Assembly: GCF_048593235.1 (NCBI RefSeq)
Contig: NC_133617.1
Coordinates: forward strand, 171,886,937 to 171,950,936
Direction of reading: 5' to 3'
Origin: Sminthopsis crassicaudata
Taxonomy: Eukaryota
Length of the DNA: 64,000 bases
Under the pieces are notes generated by a model. The model was not told the DNA's origin. It saw only the letters and a program-made list of their open reading frames with translations, and ran no database searches. Shown here piece after piece: positions 60,862 to 64,000 of this stretch. How positions within the stretch are numbered: the stretch's first letter is position 1; the number at the start of each line of letters is the position of its first letter. Both the position numbers and the translations under genes were made by a program.

Positions 60862-61825
60862 TTTAAAAAAAATAAGCTTTTTATTTTCAAAACATATGCA
60901 CAGATAATTTTTCGACATTGACTCTTGCATAGCCTTGTGTTTCAGATTTTCCCCTCCTTCCCCCCACTTCCTCCCCTAGATGGCAAGCAATCCAATATAT
61001 GTTATACATGTTAAAATATATGTTAAATTCAATATATGTAAACATATTTATACAATTCTCTTGTTTCACAAGAAAAATCAGACCAAAAAGGAAAGAAACT
61101 GATTAAGAAAACAAAATGCAAGTGAACAACATAAAAAAGAATGAGAATGTTGTGTTGTGATCCACATTCAGTTCCCACAGTCCTCTCCTGGATGGAGATA
61201 GCAATCTTTATCACAAGATCATTGGAACTAGCATCAATCATCTCATTGTTGTAAAGAGTCATGTTCATCAGAATTGATCTTCCTATAATATTGATGTTGC
61301 TGTGTACAATAATCTCCTGGTTCTGCTCATTTCACTTAGTATCAGTTCATGTGAGCCTCTCCAAGCCTCTCTAAAATCATCTTCCTGATCATTTATTATA
61401 GAAAAATAATGTTCCATAACATTCATATACCATAGCTTATTCAGCCATTCTCTAACTGATGGGCATTCACTCGCTTTCCAGTTTCTTGCCACTATGAAAA
61501 AGGCTGCCACAAACATTTTTGCACATGTGGGTCCCTTTCCTTCCTTTAAAATCTCTTTGGGATATAGGTCTAAGAGAAACACTGCTGGATCAAAGGGTAT
61601 GCACAGTTTAATAATTTTTTGAGCATAGTTCCAAATTGTTTTCCAGAATGGCTGGATCCATTCCCAATTCCACCAACAATGAATCTATTATTATCCCAAT
61701 TTTCCCACCTCTCCTCCAACATTCATCATTATTTTTTTCCTATCATTTTAGCCAATCTGAGAGATGTGTAGTGATATCTCAGAGTTGTTTTAATTTGCAT
61801 TTCTCTTATCAATAGTGATTTAGAT
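60862..61825 (-). mobile_element. L1 3' fragment (ORF2 C-terminus + 3' UTR), older subfamily
   Basis: ORF 61283-61582 (GPTCAKMFVAAFFIVARNWK..MSRTRRLLY) is homologous to the end of the young L1. Confidence 0.92.
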
Positions 61826-61975
61826 ATGCTCAAACTTTCTATTCCTGGGTTTTTGTTTGTTTATTTTCTTACTTGAAGCCTTGAAATAGTATTTCTCATC
61901 TTGAATGGTGATGAACAGAAGTATACTGGAGCAATATGGCCACCAAAATTGTTTTATAATTGGAGAACAAATTCA

Positions 61976-62005
61976 GCATCCACTGATTTTGCATCCACTG
62001 ATTTT
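61976..62005 (+). repeat. Perfect 15-bp tandem duplication (gcatccactgatttt)x2
   Basis: Direct reading. Confidence 0.92.
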
Positions 62006-62419
62006 GAAGGTGAAAATTATGAATATGAATAACAATCTCTATTCGGGATCAAATCCAATTGAGCAGAGGAAGACCTTCAAATCAAAGAATCAGAGAAGTC
62101 ATCCAGCAAACTGACTGTTTAGGCTGAGTTCTATCCATTGAAACAATAAATATTAAATCATATTTTCAGTGGATGTTTCTGTCTAATGCAGAAGCTACAG
62201 TGATCAAGGAACTTTTTTTTACAATTCTTGAAACAGAAAAGGAATCTCATAGTTTATGTTTCTAAAGATTTGAGTTATATAATGTGAATTTTCTTCATTC
62301 TTGTGCCTTCTCAGCAATTTTCTTGGTACGTTTATATTATATGAGCCCATTCTTCTTCACATATACTGAGTGCATTGGTTAGAGAAATAACAATTTTCTA
62401 TATGGGTTCGATTTGGGAG

Positions 62420-63140
62420 ATTCAGGGAGGACCAGGTCTGGTGTGAAGACTTGCCAAGACTCTTTCAGGGTTGCTTATCCTCCTACCATCCTATTCTCTC
62501 CTATAGTTCTAATAAACTATACATGCACATTAGCTACATCCTGATTTCAGGTCTATTACAACACCTAACAGACTTTAGCATACCAATTTCATATGCCCTA
62601 CATAATTTGCTTAAAGCAAAGTAATTCTGTATATTATAATCTACCCTAAGAAATGAATAAAAACATAGTGGCATCTTGAAACTATAACGAATCTTAAATG
62701 TGGAATGTTACTAACCTAATGGATTAAAGTTCTGAAATTCTACTTCAGGATCCTCAGGAAATCATCAAAGCAGATGGACTAAACCAGATTAATGGAAACC
62801 AACAGATCTCAAACCCATTGTTGACCTGTTCCAAGCATATAGACAGACTTCTGGAATGTGTGAATGAAAACAATTTATTCCAACAGCCATGAAGATAGCA
62901 GACACATATGCTGTAGAATGCTTAGAGCTTGGTCAAACATTGAAAATACCAGTTACCCACTGCATCTCAGACCATTGCCAGTCATTTTGACTTTTGTCTC
63001 ACCACTAGACTCTTAAAGAGAAAGTGAAGCTGATGCCTCTATATAACTCTGCCTTACTTAAATCCAATTTGTAAGTCAAGACATAACCCTGTGATATCAT
63101 TAGTCCTCCTTGAAAACAAAGAATGGACAACAACAATAAT
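62420..63140 (+). mobile_element. RTE-derived SINE (WALLSI/RTESINE class), copy B, with an internal interruption
   Basis: Collinear similarity to 46060-46615. Ends gaaaacaaagaatggacaacaacaa. Confidence 0.62.
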
Positions 63141-63888
63141 GTACTTATTATTTCTACATTTGCTTAAATATATGAATAATCATGTTTTTTGCCTTATTTT
63201 TAGTAAGTAGTTATATTAAAGTTTCATTTTCACTAGTACCTACCTCTTTATAATTGGGAAAACACTGATGGGGACTCAATAGTATAACATTTCAACAAGA
63301 TTCCTCCTAGGATCCTAAGAAAATTATAGTATAATTTCATGATAGTAGTCCTTCTCTGGGAACTCAAAGCTGTCAATATAAAAATAATTTGAAATGATCA
63401 AGACAACCCACAAAGTAAATAGATGTCTATATATTCTGTGTGAGAAATATGACATTCTATATAGTAAATACTCACACTGTACAGAGTTACATTCTATAAA
63501 TAACTTTTATTTTTATTCCAAACTCATTTCCTTATACTCCTCCTACTACTAAACCTTTCCTTATAACAAAGAAAAAATGTTTAAGAAAGAGTTGATACAG
63601 TGACCTCCTATGTCAGTGCATTCCTCACTCTATTCCTAAAGTAGCCTCACCATTCTATTGAAGATAAGCAGTTGTGCTTCATCATCTGTTCTCCAAGCTG
63701 AGATCAAATTATTCAGTTTTTGAATGCCTTTTAGTGATCTAATTTATACTATTATAGTCACTGTGCATATTATTCAGTCTGCTTACTTTGCTGAATCTGT
63801 TCATATAAAGGTTCTCATATTTCTCTAAATTACTCATATTTATGGGTTTGGGGGTATGATCTTACTCCACGGACTTTACAATTTAAGG

Positions 63889-64000
63889 TAGAAGTTCTTA
63901 ACCCAGAGTGGGAGAGGTGTCATGACATTGGTCATTTTATATGTATTTTTATAATTTTATTTCAATATTATTTGTTTCCCTTGTAATTCCATGCATTTTC
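63889..64000. mobile_element. MER5A-like hAT-Charlie fragment running off the window
   Basis: agaagttcttaacc...gtatttttataattttatttcaatattatttgtttcccttgtaattccatgcattt resembles MER5A1 text. Confidence 0.5.

Noticed and set aside
864-62114. Nearly all 60-120 aa ORFs in the supplied track
   Set aside because: They are low-complexity or hydrophobic translations of AT-rich DNA, microsatellites or antisense TE text, with no recognisable domain. Only the L1, BovB, CR1 and Gypsy fragments map to real (TE) proteins.
1-64000. CRISPR arrays, rRNA, tRNA or snRNA genes
   Set aside because: None seen. The tRNA-like A/B boxes belong to SINE heads, and the short duplications are not regularly spaced.

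Overview
AT-rich, CpG-poor mammalian non-coding DNA, almost certainly from an Australian marsupial (probably a dasyurid). The basis is the repeat set: WSINE1-type SINEs, Mar1/MIR CORE-SINEs, BovB-type RTE, a marsupial Tigger1 derivative, a Charlie MITE and marsupial L1. It has two assembly gaps. Most of the window is layered transposon debris (L1, L2, L3/CR1, RTE, SINEs, DNA transposons, an ERV LTR). I recognise no named host gene, RNA gene or CRISPR array. The only real coding ORF in the supplied track is the C-terminal part of ORF2 of a young, 5'-truncated L1 (58230-59618, 17-bp TSD). The most notable item not shown by the ORF track is a heavily decayed Ty3/Gypsy (Sushi/chromovirus-like) pol fossil at about 15.3-17.7 kb. 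Its RT-thumb, RNase H and integrase motifs are in the correct order, and a possible PPT plus short LTR follows. Other points of interest are a ~250-bp dispersed direct duplication (44.6/45.4 kb), a MITE-like hairpin, a fold-back inversion inside an old L1, an ERV 5' LTR with a PBS remnant, and several weak minus-strand exon candidates of an unidentified gene. All family names come from recalled consensus motifs, not database searches, and boundaries of old repeats are approximate.
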